DNA of 64,000 bases from the human T2T-CHM13v2.0 reference genome, Homo sapiens: contig CP068257.2 of the NCBI GenBank assembly GCA_009914755.4, forward strand, positions 41,152,001 to 41,216,000. The letters run 5' to 3'. The position numbers and the translations under genes were made by a program. Below the pieces are notes generated by a model. That model was not told where the DNA came from and ran no database searches. It worked only from the letters and a program-made list of their open reading frames with translations. Below are positions 27,897 through 43,150 of the stretch, piece by piece; within the stretch, counting starts at the first letter, position 1, and each line of letters begins with the position of its first letter.

Positions 27897-28487
27897 GAAT
27901 GCGTACAGTGCTGTTGTTGGGTAGAGTTCTGTGAATGTGGAGAAGGTCATGTAGATTGACAGTGTGTTGAGTGCTTCTATGTCCTTGTTTGTTTTATGTC
28001 CAGCAACAATGGCAATGGTCTTTCACTGAGGGCTGCAGCCCCACCAGACAGTCATCTCCATGCAGCCATCTGCTCCACATCCAGGTGAGTCTCCTCTCTG
28101 CCATTTCAGACCTAAGGGAAGGCAGGAAAGGCACAGCTGCCTGCTCTCCCTAGCCCTGGAATACTGAGTTCTCTGCCCCCTGCCCACAGCTTTGTAAATA
28201 GTCCCATTACTAAACTTTCCTCAGTGACCCAGTTTTCCGTGATATCTCTGGCCCGCTGTGGCCTTATGACAGATATCCCAGGGGGCTACTGCCATTACCT
28301 AGGACTCCTATGGAAGAAATTCCCACTGAAAATGAGCTCACAGAGTGAGTCCATTAGGCTGTGGCTGTAATAAGATGCATAACGGAGACTTCCATTTCCT
28401 CTTAGAATGTAGAAAACTGCAAAGAACATTGCTCCCACACTAACAATGAGAACAGTCAGGTAATCCTCAACGCCACTGGAGAGGTGA

Positions 28488-28962
<475 letters not shown>

Positions 28963-29143
28963 CTGACTTAGCAGGATTCTTTGCTAAAGCTGGACTTTAC
29001 AAGAAGTGCACAGATGGTCCTAAGAGAAGTTTCTGGAGCTTGACTAAATTTTGGTCAAGCAGATAATCTTATTACAGAGTATAGAAGAAACAGTGGCCAC
29101 CATATGGATGGACAAGAAAGATTCAGTAAAATTCTTAAAGGCG

Positions 29144-29539
<396 letters not shown>

Positions 29540-29558
29540 TTAAGAAAGAGTGGGGACT

Positions 29559-30002
<444 letters not shown>

Positions 30003-30164
30003 TTAAACCGTCTTGCTCCCAGGGCATAAGCAAAGCTCCATTGATTCTAGGGCAGAAGAAAGGGAAAATCCCATCTGCCCTCAGTTAATTTAGAAAGTTT
30101 ATGTTGTGAAGGTTGAGGACGCGCCTGTGACACAGCCTCAGGAGGTCCTGAGGTAAAGAAAGGC

Positions 30165-30340
30165 AGATTTGGCCAGGTGCGGTGGCTTCATGCCTGTAAT
30201 CCTAGCATTTTGGGAGGCCAAGGAGGGCGGATCACCTGAGGTCAGGAGTTCGAGACCAGCCTGGCCAACACGGTGAAACCCTGTCTCTACTAAAATTACA
30301 AAAATTAGCCAGGCATGGTGGCATGTACCTTACAACACGT
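30165..30340 (+). mobile_element. Alu SINE, 5' portion only (~175 bp), embedded in the repeat above
   Basis: ggccaggtgcggtggcttcatgcctgtaatcctagcattttgggaggccaaggagggcggatcacctgaggtcaggagttcgagaccagcctggccaacacggtgaaaccctgtctctactaaaattacaaaaattagccaggcatggtggcatgtacct. Confidence 0.85.
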
Positions 30341-30660
30341 GCCCAAGGTGGTCGGGGCACAGCTTGGTTTTATACATTTTAGGGAGACGTGAGACATCAA
30401 TCAATATAGGTAAGAAGTACATTGGTTCGGTCTAGAAAGGCAGGACAACCTGAAGCAAAGGCAGGAAGACTCGAAGCTGGGAGGGGGCTTGCGGGTCACA
30501 GGTGGGTGAGAGAGTTGCATTCTTTTGAGTTTCTGATTAGCCTTTCCAACAGAGGCCATCAGATATGCATCTATCTCAGTGGTGGGGGTGGGGGTGGTGA
30601 CATTGAATAGAATGGGAGGCAGGTTGGCCCTAAGCAGTTCTCAGCTTGACTTTTCCCTTT

Positions 30661-30975
30661 ATTTATTTATTTAGCTAGTTAGTTAGTTATTTTTGCAACG
30701 GAGTCTTGCTCTGTCACCCAGGCTGTAGCACAGTGGCGCGATCTTGGCTCACTGCAACTTCTGCCTCCTGGGTTCAAGCAATTCTCCCTGCCTCAGCCTC
30801 CCAAGTAGCTGGAACTACAGGCACGTGCCACCACGCCAGGCTAATTTTTGTATTTTTGGTAGAGACAGGTTTCACCATGTTGGCCAGGCTGGTCTCGAAC
30901 TCCTGACCTCAGGTGATCAGCCTGCCTCAGCCTCGCAAAGTGCTGAGGTTACAGGCGTGAGCCACCACGCCCAGC
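30661..30975 (-). mobile_element. Alu SINE, full length, antisense, inserted into the LTR-like repeat
   Basis: T-rich tail atttatttatttagctagttagttagttatttttg, then caacggagtcttgctctgtcacccaggctgtagcacagtggcgcgatc...ggcgtgagccaccacgcccagc. A 14-bp target-site duplication GACTTTTCCCTTTA sits at 30648-30661 and 30977-30990. Confidence 0.92.
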
Positions 30976-31758
30976 AGACTTTTCCCTTTAGCGTAGTGAT
31001 TTGGGGGTCCAAGATTTATTTTCCTTTCACACTATCTTGTTTCCAGGGCGTAAGCGAAGATCCACTGATTATAGGGGTGAAGAAAGGGCAAAACCTGTCT
31101 GCCCCAGGGAAGGGATGGAAAATACTCTTCCTCCAGGACCTTGGCAAAAATCCACCCCCCCGAAGGAATGGTCAAGGGTGTGGACATGGGGCCAGATGGG
31201 AAACTGCCACCCAAGACCAACCACAGAGAAAAGGTGCTGCGGGGCGCCATACAGAGAGGAGAGCAGGGATGCTTGGAGACCGCCTCCCTCTGAGCTGCAA
31301 ACCTGCAGGCACAGCTGAAAGCTGGGGGCAGGGGGGTGGGTAGGAGCCTGAGAAGGACCCCCGGCATGAGGTGGCTGCCTCCCACAGCTTGAGGAATTTG
31401 AAGTCTCCAGTGCGGTGCACTGAGATGACCATTACAACAAACCCACACCCAGCCCAACTGCTGACTAGATGGTGGTCTCACCGCCCCCACCAAGAACCTG
31501 GAGAAGATGAGACAGGCCAATTTCCAGGCGCAAGGAGTCTGCCTACTTGTTCTAGTGATCACCGAGAGGGCACTGTAGATGTCTCCAGCTCTAGTTGTGG
31601 ATTTGTTTATTTCAGTGTTTGTTCTTTCCAATTTTTTTGTATATTTTGAAGCTCTGTTGTTAGGTATACACACATGTAGGATTGTGATGTCCTAATGAAG
31701 ACTTCATCGCGGGTGCAACTGGCTGGGGCCAGCGTCATGGTCAGTAAAAGGATTTACC

Positions 31759-31937
31759 GGCCAGGCACGGTGGCTCACACCTGTAATCCCAGCAGTCTGA
31801 GAGGCCGAGGCAGGAGGATGACCTGAGGTCAGGAGTTCGAGACCAGCCTGGCCAACATGGCGAAACCCCATCTCTACTAAAAATACAAAAATTAGCAGAG
31901 CATGGTGGCGGGCACCTGTAATCCCAGCTACTCGTGT
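31759..31937 (+). mobile_element. Alu SINE, 3'-truncated
   Basis: ggccaggcacggtggctcacacctgtaatcccagcagtctgagaggccgaggcaggaggatgacctgaggtcaggagttcgagaccagcctggcc...cccagctactcg. Confidence 0.85.
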
Positions 31938-32440
31938 GGGATATGATGAGGTTTCTCTTCAAATAATCTGATCAATCTTTTATTCTTTAATTCATAGTGC
32001 CTCCCCAACTTCTCCTTTTTCTCCTTTTTTCCTCTTCGCCTTTGTTAGATGCCCAGGCATGCCATAGTACTAGGCGTTATCAGTACCAGCTCCATTCCTT
32101 TCCTTATTTGGAAAGAGGACTAACTTTCTAGCTCATTACAGACACCCCTTCCCCTTCCTCTCCACTTTCTTTTATGTGCCTGCCTTATGTAAAAAAAAAT
32201 CCAATGTTTAGCCAACCAGGATTAGTTTAGATTGTAGGACCTGACCCCAGCCAATGGGGAAAGGGTACAGGGGCGGGGTAGGACTTGCATCAGGAATAAA
32301 GGCTCTTGTGCCCCTTGTTCAGGTGTGCTCTCATGGCCATTGGCCAAGGAGGCACCCCTCTGCGCAGAAGGAAAATTGCTTTGCTAAGAATCCTTTGTTC
32401 GAGTGTTCAATTTCCTTAGGATTTTGAGCATTATTCCTAA

Positions 32441-32910
<470 letters not shown>

Positions 32911-33592
32911 GGCAGATTTATTTGAGAAAATACGAAGATGCGTTGCAAGGATGTAACAGGCAGCACAGCAGAGAAGGAGCTGTCTGCAAAGAGGCAGGGG
33001 CTGGAGGGAGGTTCTGCAGGTTCGTGCTGCAGGGGCTACGTCCTGAGCGAGGTAGTTGTGCCAGAGGGTTGCCTGTGGTTAGCCACCTCTCAGAGTAATT
33101 CTTCTCCCTCACCTGGGACCTCTTCCTCATTCTTGCTTACTTACCTTATCAGGACTCCACAGACTTGACCCCTTGATCTTTATGCAATATCCCTCTTTAT
33201 CCGTGGTGTCAACCTAAACAGAGAGGGGCTTTCTAAAAGAAGCTGAAGTCTATTTGGGATTGGAGCACTGCTGTGGAAATCCGTGCACCATCATACACTC
33301 TGTGTTACTCAGGGAGGGAACACAGCGAGACGACGGGAAAATGAGGAGGGTCATATCATTGTTTTGAGATAATTATCCTTAGCTACGAAGACCAGTAACA
33401 AAGGTGGCACCAATCCAAGGTTGGGCAGGCAGTCGCTGGGCAGATGTCCTCACAGAAGGACCTTTGATGTGAGGTTGCAATGGCCTTTTTGCAAGGCTGT
33501 GGGTTTTGCATTCTTCTGGGATAGCTGTGCTGTCAGACATTCATGCTCAAGAACCCTCTCTTCCTGGTCTTCTCTGGCTTCTCTGTCTAGGC

Positions 33593-33879
33593 TTTTTTTT
33601 TTTTTCCTTTGTGATGGAGTTTCACTCTTGTTGCCCAGGCTGGAGTGCAATGGTGTGATCTCGGCTCATCGCACCTCCGCCTTCGGGTTCAAGCAATTAT
33701 CCTGCCTCAGCCTCTGGAGTAGCTGAGATTACAGGAATGTACCACCACACCTGGCTAATTCTGTATTTTTAATAGAAACAGGGTTTCTCCATGTTGGTCA
33801 GGCTGGTCTCGAACTCCCGACCTCGGGCACCTCGGCCTTCCAAAGTGCTGGAATTACAGGCGTGAGCCATTGCGCCCGG
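33593..33879 (-). mobile_element. Alu SINE, antisense
   Basis: Poly-T, then cctttgtgatggagtttcactcttgttgcccaggctggagtgcaatggtgtgatctcggctca...ggcgtgagccattgcgcccgg. Confidence 0.88.
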
Positions 33880-34834
33880 TCACAAGGTTTTTGGTTTTTG
33901 TTTTTGTTTTTAACACAAGAGATTCCATTTTGATTCTGACAACTTTCACACTGGTAACATTTCTTGCACCAAGCTTTGTTTAATATGAATATTGCGTTCC
34001 AGCTGATTTTATAGTGTGTGTGTGCACAACATATCTTTTCTCATCCTTTTATTTTTAACCTATTGGGAAAGGAAAATAAATCTTGGGGCCCCCAAATCAC
34101 TAAGCTAAAGAGAAAAGTCAAGCAGGGTACTGCTTAGGGCCAACCTGCCTCTCATTTTATTCAAAGTCATCCCTCTACTCACTGACACAGATGCATATCT
34201 GAACGCCTCCTTTGGAGAGGCAAGTCAGAATCTCAGAAGAAAACAACCTTTTGTCTCTTATCTATAGGTGGCCTGGAAGCCCCCTCCCCTGGCTTCCAGT
34301 CCTCCTGCTTTTGCTCTGAGTAGTCCCGCCTTTCCAGACCGAACCAATGTTCATCTTGCGTATGTTGATTGATGTCTCATGTCCCCCTAGAATGTATAAA
34401 AACCAAACTGTGCTCTGACCACCTTGGGCACGTGTCGTCAGGACCTCCTGAGTCTGTCACAGGTGCGCATCCTCAACCTTGACAAAATAAAGTTTCTAAA
34501 TTAACTAAGACTTGTCTCAGATTTTCCAGGTTCACACTATCTATGTCTTTATACTTAAAATGAGTTTCTTTTAGATAACATATAGATTAAAAAAATAGCA
34601 TCCATGAACCATGAAACAGGTTATCGTTTTTAAAGGAGAATATTTTAAAGCAAATAAAAATGTTACTATAGTTATTATGATCCATTGACATAAAATATTT
34701 GACATAAGGATTATACAGTAAAGCAGAGACCAGTGCTGTAACACAGAAGATAAAGATTGAAAAAGTAACGAAAACTTTAGATAATGTAGACAAAAAGACT
34801 CAAACTTTGTAAAATATTTTAAGACATTTATTCT

Positions 34835-35060
34835 GAGCCAAATATGAGCGGCTGTGGCCCATGACGCAGCCTTCAGGAGGTCTTGAGAACATGTCCCCAA
34901 GGTGGTCAGGGCACAGCTTGGCTTTATATATTTTAGGGAGGTGTGAGATGTCAATCAAATATATTTGATAAATAGATTGGTTCAGAGAGGTGGGGCAACT
35001 CAAAGCGGGTGGGAGGGGAGGGTGGGGGGCGGGGCTTCCAGGTGAACGTAAACATTTTCT
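34835..35060 (+). repeat. Partial copy of the same unassigned LTR-like repeat family as 30000-31110
   Basis: agcggctgtggcccatgacgcagccttcaggaggtcttgagaacatgtccccaaggtggtcagggcacagcttggctttatatattttagggaggtgtgagatgtcaatcaaatatatttgataaatagattggttcagagaggtgg. Confidence 0.55.
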
Positions 35061-35061
35061 A

Positions 35062-35433
<372 letters not shown>

Positions 35434-35975
35434 TTAAGATAAAAGATTGTGGAGACCAAGGTTCTTCTGAAGTCTCATAGTAGCTGCCCTTAGAGACAAT
35501 CGATGACAAATGCTTCATATTCAGACTTTTAAAAGGTGCTAGACTCTCGGTTAATCTCTTCAGGATTGGGAGGGCCGGAAAAAAAAATATCTGGCTATGT
35601 GAATAGAGATTCTTTACAGAAGCAGATCTTCCCCCACAAAGGATGGCTTTGCAGGGCATTTCAAAATACGGCAAAGAAACATGTTTTGGGGTTAAATATT
35701 TTGATTTTTTTCCTTGTCTTATAATGTTATGCCAGAGTCAGATTGGAAAGTCAGTAATGATATATACGGTTAAATAAAACCATCTGATGAGAATTTATGG
35801 TTTGCAGGGCATGACTCCCCAGACCCCTTCGATAGGAATTTGGGCAAGATAAAAAATCAGAGCTTAGTCCTCAAAAAGTTTAAGAAAATAGAGTAAGGAG
35901 CTCTAACATGCATTTTATAAAGAGAAAATGGAGAAAATGAAAGAGACAATATTCAAAGGTAAGAGAACTTCCAGG

Positions 35976-36030
35976 CCAGGTGCAATGGCTCATGTCTGTA
36001 ATCCCAGCACTTTGGGAAGTCAGAGTGTTG
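35976..36030 (+). mobile_element. Alu 5' fragment (~55 bp)
   Basis: ggccaggtgcaatggctcatgtctgtaatcccagcactttgggaagtcagagtg. Confidence 0.7.
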
Positions 36031-36512
36031 TAAGTAAAGTTTCGGTGCCACAAAAGAAATTTTCTTGTAATTCTCAACAAGGCAAGTAACTTCTACAGAA
36101 GGGTGCGCCCTTACAGATGGAGCAATGGTGAGCGCACACCTGGACAAGTGAGGGAAAGGGGTTCCTATTTCTGATGCACATGGTCCCTACTGCTGTGTCG
36201 TTCGCCTATTGGCTAGGGTTAGACTGCACAGGCCAAACTAATTACAACTGGCTAATTTCAAGAGAGTGATGAGGTGAGTGGGTTGGCAAAAAAAACGGTA
36301 ATGAAATGAGTCAGGGTGGAGAATGAATCGGAATGAGTCGGTGGAGTAGGTCATCAGAATGAGTCCAGGTGGAGAATGAGTCAGGGTGGAGCAGGTAATT
36401 GAAAAAGGTTGCTTTACAAGGAAGTTAAGTTAAAAGTAGAAGGCAAACAATTGAACATACTGACATATTAATTCTTTGAAGAGAAATGTAGAATTCATAT
36501 TTAACAAAAGCA

Positions 36513-36765
36513 GGAGGATTGCTTGAGTCCAGGAGTTTAAGACTGGCCTGTGCAACATAGCGAGACCTCATCTCTACTAAAAATTTTAAAAAATTAGCCA
36601 GGCATAGTGGCCTGCACCTGTAGTCCCAGCTGCTAGGAGGGCTGAGGTGGGAGGATCACTTGAGCTCAGGAGGTGGAGCCTGCAGTGCGCCGTGATCGCT
36701 CCACTGGACTGCAGCCTGGGTGACGGTGAGACCCTGTCTCAAAGGAAACAAAAAAAGGAGAACTT
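36513..36765 (+). mobile_element. Alu SINE, 5'-truncated
   Basis: agcaggaggattgcttgagtccaggagtttaagactggcctgtgcaacatagcgagacctcatctctactaaaaa...gcctgggtgacggtgagaccctgtctcaaagg. Confidence 0.85.
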
Positions 36766-37002
36766 CCAGACTTGGGGTAAAAAACTGTCCATTGGTTGGA
36801 TACTATGTTTTGCTGCTGGTTATAGAAAATGAAAATAAGACTGATTTATCTTGATAGCATGAACATGACAGAGGCTTATTTTTCCTCATGTTGAGAAGAC
36901 TGAAGAGAAGCAAGCATGAGGTCAAATACTAAGCAAACCTCTTGCCAGTCTTGCAGCTCCTCAAGAGCCTGAGAGCCACCTCTTTGGTGGTGGTGGTGGT
37001 GG

Positions 37003-37295
<293 letters not shown>

Positions 37296-37422
37296 GAACC
37301 ACCTCTCTGAATCGTCAAGGAAGCTGACACCACCTTGCGGTTTCCTAGAGTTTCCTTTAGACTACGAAATACGGTGAGTTGACCAATTGTACCTTGAAAA
37401 CCTGAAGGCCAGGGGTTGTATC

Positions 37423-37869
37423 TTTCACACGCGTCCGTGTGAAGAGACCACCAAACAGGCTTTGTGTGAGCAACAAGGCTGTTTATTTCACCTGGGTGCA
37501 GGCAGGCTGAGTCCGAAAAGAGAGTCAGTGAAGGGAGATAGGGGTGGGGCCGTTCTATAAGCTTTGGGTAGGTAAAGGAAAAAGGGGGGTTCTCTGGTGG
37601 GCAGGAGTGGGGGGTCACAAGGTGCTCAGTGGGGGAGCTTTCTGAGCCAGGATGAGCCAGGAGAAGGAATTTCACAAGGTAATGTCATCAGTTAAGACAA
37701 GGACTGGCCATTTTCACTTCTTTTGTGGTGGAATGTCATCAGTTAAGGCAGGAACCGGCCATTTAAATATCACTTCTTTTGTGATTCTTCAGTTACTTCA
37801 GGCCATCTGGATGTATACGTGCAGGTCACAGGGGATATGATGGCTTAGCTTGGGCTCAGAGGCCTGACA
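37423..37869 (-). mobile_element. HERV-H 3' LTR (LTR7)
   Basis: The + strand reads tttcacacgcgtccgtgtgaagagaccaccaaacaggctttgtgtgagcaacaaggctgtttatttcacctgggtgcagg...gcttgggctcagaggcctgaca. It is followed on the sense strand by a purine-rich PPT-like aagaagacaggaa. Confidence 0.88.
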
Positions 37870-39864
37870 TTCCTGTCTTCTTATATTAATAAGAAAAATA
37901 AAACATAATAGTGTTGAAGTGTTGGGGCGGCGAAAATTTTTGGGGGGTGGTATGGAGAGATAATGGGCGATGTTTCTCAGGGCTGCTTTGAGCGGGATTA
38001 GGGGCGGCGTGGGAACCTAGAGTGGGAGAGATTAAGCTGAAGGAAGATTTTGTGGTAAAGGGTGATATTGTGGGGTTGTTAGAAGAAACATTTGTCGTAT
38101 AGAATTATTGGTGATGGCCTGGATATGGTTTTGTATGATTTGAAAAAAGAACGGAATAAGACAAGGAGAAAAACAGGTATTAAAGGACTAAGAATTGGAA
38201 GGACCCAGGACATCTAACTAGAGAGTGCCCAAGGAGGTTCAGCATAGCCCTGCCAGCGAAGATTATTTATTTACTTTAAGAGGGAGTTAAGAGTGGTGAT
38301 TTAGGGATAGCACCAGTAGATATCAGCTGTGATGGCTTGGAGAAACAGTGTAAACCAGCAGTGTAAACAAGAGCAGGGCATTTATGAGTAGTTGAGAACG
38401 GCGAATAGGAGTATGATTAGACAGAAGATAGTAGGGATGACAAGTTTTGTTTTTCTTGCGGGGGGGAGGGCGCCGCAGTCCAACTTGGTCTGGTGTCTGG
38501 AATGAGACTGGGGCCTAATAAAAAGGAGCGTCTATACAGGAGCTCAAATGGGCTGTACCTTGTGGCATTCTGAGGACAGGCCTGAATTCTGAGAAGGTCA
38601 AGTGGTAAAAGTATTGTCCAGTCCTTTTTAAGTTGGTGGCTGAGCTTGGTGAGGTGTGTTTTTAAAAGACCATTAGTTCACTGAATAAGAGCTTGAGAAA
38701 CTGCTTGGCTGATTTGACTAATAAAGGCTGGTCCGTTATAGGACTGTATAGAGGTGGGAAGGCCAAACCGAGGAATTATGTCTGACAGAAGGGAAGAAAT
38801 GACCGTGGTGGTCTTCTTAGACCCTGTGGGAAAGGCCTCTACCTATCCAGTGAAAGTGTCTACCCAGAACAAGAGGCATTTTAGTTTCCTGACTCGGGGT
38901 ATGTTGAGTAAAGCCAATTTGCCAGCCCTGGGCGGGGGCAAATCCTCACGCTTGATGTGTAGGGAAAGGAGGGGGCCTGAATAATCCCTGAGGAATAGTA
39001 GGATATCAGATGGAACATTGAGAAGTTATTTCCTTGAGGATAGATTTCCACGATGGAAAGGAAATGAGAGGTTCTAAGAGGCGGGCTAGTGGCTTGTACT
39101 ATAGCATAGCCTGCCTTTGCTGGTGTGTGGCAATTAGGCCTGGTGGAAGTGCCATCAATAAATCAAGTGTGATCAGGGTGAGGAACAGGAAAGAAGGAAA
39201 TATGGGGAAATGGGGTGAATGTCAGGTGGATCAGAGAGATACAGTCACGGGGGTCAGGTGTGGTATCAGGAATAATGTGGGAGGCCGGATTAAGTCCAGG
39301 CCAGGAACAATGGTTATTGTGGGAGACTCAACAAAGAGTGAGTACAGCTGAAGGAGCCGGGAAGCAGAAAGTATATGTGTCAGGTGTGAGGAGGAAAACA
39401 GATTTTGGAAGTTATGAGAACTGTAGAGAGTGAGTTGAGCATAGTTTGTGATTTTAAGGGCCTCTAAAAGTATTAGTGCGGTGGTGGCCGCCGCATGCAG
39501 ATTTGAGGGCTAGGCAAAACAGTAAGGTCAAGTTGTTTGGATAAAAAGGCTACAGGGCGCAGTTCCGGTTCTCGTGTAAGAATTCTGGCTGCACAGCCCT
39601 GCACTTCGGCTGTGGGTAATGAAAAGGGTTGGGATGAGTCAGGGAGAGCTAGCGTGGGGGCCAACTCTAAAGCTGTCTTCAAGGAATGGAAAGAGGAGTG
39701 GGGAAAGGATTTAGGATCTATGGGCTCAGCTAGGTTTCCTTTTGTGAGTTTATATAATGGTTTTGTTAGGATGGCAAAACCAGGTATCTAAAGTCGAAAG
39801 TATCCAACCATGCCTAGGAAGGAAAGGAGTTGTTGTTTTGTAGAAGGTGTTGGGGTTTGAGAGA

Positions 39865-40318
39865 TCAGTCGGACACGATCGGCAGGGAGAGCACGTGTGT
39901 TTTTATGAGAATTACGCTGAGATAGGTAACAGATGAGGAAGAAATTTGGGCTTGACTGAAGTAATGGGGGCTGGCTGTGAAGCCTTGTGGCAGTACAGCC
40001 CAGGTAATTTGCTGAGCCTGATGGATGTGAGGGTCAGTCCAAGTGAAAGCGAAGAGAGGCTGGGATGAAGGGTGCAAAGGAATAGTAAAGAAAGCATGTT
40101 TGAGATCCAGAACAGAATAATGGGTTGTGGAGGGAGGTATTGAGAATAGGAGAGTATATGGGTTTGGCACCACGGGGTGGATAGGCAAAACAATTTGGTT
40201 GACAAGGCACAGATCCTGAACTAACCTGTAAGCCTTGTCTGGTTTTAGGACAGGTAAAATGGGTGAATTTTAAGGGGAATTTGTAGGCTTTAAAAGCCCA
40301 TGCTGCTGTAACAGGCAA
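39865..40318 (-). pseudogene. HERV-H pol remnant (reverse transcriptase region), disrupted by frameshifts
   Basis: Minus-strand ORF 39865..40188 translates to ...HYSVLDLKHAFFTIPLHPSSQPLFAFTW...QITWAVLPQGFTASPHYF. The LDLKDAFF / FAFxW / LPQGF motifs are gammaretroviral RT motifs. Overlapping ORFs 39912..40205 and 40034..40318 lie in other frames, indicating frameshifts. Confidence 0.75.
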
Positions 40319-42682
40319 GTGATAACAGGCTTTAATCCTTTTAAAGCATGCTGTGGGATGGGATATTGGCCTTGAGCAGGGTAAGGGTGATTAGGTTTTA
40401 ATGGGATGGTAAGGGGTGCATGATCAGTCTCCAAGGAGGGAGTAGAGGTATCCTATACTTGTGGGTTAAGGTGCGGGGATAGGAGAGGAGGATGTGAAGG
40501 AGGCTTTGAACTGGGGAAAAGGGCAGCAATGAGGTGTGGCTGTAGTCCAGGAACAGTCAGGCAAGCAGATAATTTAAAGTGTCTCGGCCTAATAAGGGAA
40601 CTGGGCAGGTGGGGATAACTAAAAAAGAGTGATAAAAGAGTATTGTCTAAGTTGGCACCAGAGTTTTAAGAGGTTTAGAAGCCTGGCCGTCAATACCCAC
40701 AACAGTTATGGAGGCAAGGGAAACAGGTCCTTGAAAAGAAGGTAATGTGGAGTGGGAGCCTCCGTATTGATTAAGAAGGGGACGGACTTATCTTCCACCG
40801 TGAGAGTTACCCAGATCGTCTGTGATGGTCCTGTAAACTCCCGAGGTGATCGGGCAGCGTCAGTCTTCAGCTGCTAAGCCGAGAAGATCTGGGAAGGAGT
40901 CAGACAGCCTTGGGCCAGAGTTCCAGGCACTCTGGAAGTGGCTGCCAGGTGAGTTGAACAGCCCGATTTTCAGTGGGGTCCTGCACAGATGGGACATGGC
41001 TTAGGAGGAATCCTGGGCTGTGGGCATTCCTTGGCCCAGTGGCCAGATTTCCGGCACTTGTAGCAAGCTCCTGGGGGAGGAGTTTCTGGAGGAACCCCTG
41101 GCAGCTGCGGTTCAGGCATTTGGAGTTCTTGTGTGCTGGAGATGTGGCTGGGGTTTGTCTCACAGTGGAGGCAAGGAATTGCAACTCAGAAATATGTTAC
41201 TACTTAGCTGCCTCTACTCTATTGTACACCTTGAAGGCGAGGTTAATTAAGTCCTGTTGTGGGGTTTGAGGGCCGGAATTTAATTTTTGGAGTTTAATGT
41301 CAGGAGCGGACTGGGTAATAAAATGTATATTGAGACTAAGACAGCCTTTTGACCTTTTAGGGTCTAGGGCTATAAAGCATCTCAGGGTTGCTGCCGAATG
41401 AGCCATGAACTGGGCTGGGTTTTTCATATTTGATGAAAAAGAGCCTAAATGCTAACTGATTTTGGGAGAGGTCGGATAAAGAAAAGGGAGCATTAACCTT
41501 GACTATGCCTTTAGCTCCAGCCACCTTTTTAAGAGGAAATTGCTGGGCAGGTCGGGGAGGGCTAGTCGCAGAATGAAACTGTAAGCCAGACTGGGTGTGA
41601 GGAGGGGAGGTGATAAAAGGATTATGGGGTGGGGGAGCAGAGGCTGAGGAAGAATTGGGACCTGGCTCAGCCTGGCAAGGAGCAGCCTGGGGAGGGGGCG
41701 TGAAGTCAGATGGGTCTGTAGAAAAGGAGAATTAGAAAAACTCAGTGACGCTTGGGATTGGGACTGAGAGGACAGGCGGGAGGGAAAGAAGGAGGATTTG
41801 GGACATGTCACATTGGGAACAGAGGCTAGGGAGGGAACAATGTGTAAAAGAATGCCTGGACGTCAGGCACCTCAGACTGTTTGCCTATTTTACGATAAGA
41901 ATTATCTAGATCTTGTAGGATGGAAAAATCGAAAGTGCTGTTTTCTGGCTATTTGGAACCACTGTTGAGTTTGTATTGGGGTCAAGCGGCATTGCAGAAG
42001 AAAATAAGGCATTTAGGTCAGGTGTGAGTTGAAGAGGTTTTGAGTTCTTGAGAACACAGGCTAAGGGAGAAGGAGGAGGAATGGAGGGTGGAAGGCTGCC
42101 CATAGTGAAGGAGGCAAGCCCAGAGAAAAGAGAGAGTAGAGACACGGAGAGAAGGGGTTGAGGGGTTCTTGCCCCCTAGAAAAGCGGAGAAGGGGTAGAG
42201 ACACGGAGAGAAGGGGTCGGGGGGTTCTTGCCCCCCAGAAAAGCAGTACTTGCCGCTAAGGGTGAAGGACCAAGGCAGGTGTCCCCGCATGGTCAGACAC
42301 CTCTGAAATGTGGGTGAATAATCAGGCAGGCGTCCCTGTGTGATTAAACACCAAGGGAAGATTGTCTTCCCGAGTCTGTGACTGGCGCCAGAGTTTTGCG
42401 TCCATGGATAAAACACGTCTCCTGTCTCTATGAGAAAAGAAAAGGAACTGAAATTAAGAGAAGGGAGAGATTGAAGTGTGGCACCAAGATTGAAAGGAGA
42501 AAGAGGGTGAAGGATAGTGAGAGAGGTTGGAGAAGAGAGTAAGAAGAGGCCACTTACCTGATTTAAAATTGGTGTGATGTTCCTTGGTCTGGTTGGTCTG
42601 AGGACCTGAGGTCGTAGGTGGATCTTTCTCATGGTGCAAAGAGCAGGAGGATGAGATTGATCTCCCAAGGGAGGTCCCTCAG

Positions 42683-42699
42683 TCCGAGTCATGGCACCA
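42683..42699 (-). other. Retroviral primer-binding site complementary to the tRNA-His 3' end (TGGTGCCATGACTCGGA)
   Basis: The + strand reads tccgagtcatggcacca at 42683-42699. Its reverse complement TGGTGCCATGACTCGGA lies 2 nt from the inner edge of the 5' LTR. This is the defining HERV-H (His) primer-binding site. Confidence 0.85.
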
Positions 42700-42701
42700 A
42701 A

Positions 42702-43150
42702 TTTCACTCGCATCTGTGTGAAGAGTCCACCAAACAGGCTTTGTATGAGCAACAAGGCTGTTTATTTCACCTGGGTGCAGGCAGGCTGAGTCCGAAAAGA
42801 GAGTCAGCCAAGGGAGATAGGGGTGGGGCCATTTTATAAGATTTGGGTAGGTAAAGGAAGAAGGGGGGTTATTCTCTGGCGGGCAGGAGTGGGGGTCACA
42901 AGGTGCTCAATGGGGGAGCTTTTTGAGCCAGGATGAGCCAGGAGAAGGAATTTCACAAGGTAATGTCATCAGTTAAGGCAAGGACTGGCCATTTTCACTT
43001 CTTTTGTGGTGGAATGTCATCAGTTAAGGCAGGAACAGGCAATTTAAATATCACTTCTTTTGTGATTCTTCAGTTACTTCAGGCCATCTGGATGTATACG
43101 TGCAGGTCACAGGGTATATGATGGCTTAGCTTGGGCTCAGAAGCCTGACA
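42702..43150 (-). mobile_element. HERV-H 5' LTR (LTR7)
   Basis: The + strand reads tttcactcgcatctgtgtgaagagtccaccaaacaggctttgtatgagcaacaaggctgtttatttcacctgggtgcagg...gcttgggctcagaagcctgaca. I counted roughly 20 or more mismatches and small indels against the other LTR over ~440 bp. Confidence 0.88.

Larger units (their letters stand above)
37423..43150 (-). mobile_element. HERV-H endogenous retrovirus provirus (LTR7, internal region, LTR7), common deleted form of ~5.7 kb, with both LTRs, the primer-binding site and the target-site duplication present
   Basis: Two direct repeats of ~440 bp at each end are the reverse complement of the LTR7 consensus I recall (sense strand TGTCAGGCCTCTGAGCCCAAGC...CCCAGGTGAAATAAACAGCCTTGTTGCTCACACAAAGCCTGTTTGGTGGTCTCTTCACAC). 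A tRNA-His primer-binding site sits immediately inside the right (5') LTR. A 5-bp target-site duplication GTATC lies at 37418-37422 and 43151-43155. Internal minus-strand ORFs carry gammaretrovirus-like RT motifs. Confidence 0.9.

Noticed and set aside
42018-42755. 245-aa minus-strand ORF starting inside the HERV-H 5' LTR
   Set aside because: It begins in LTR U5 and runs through the primer-binding site and leader. Retroviral gag does not start there, so it is a chance ORF in the non-coding leader.
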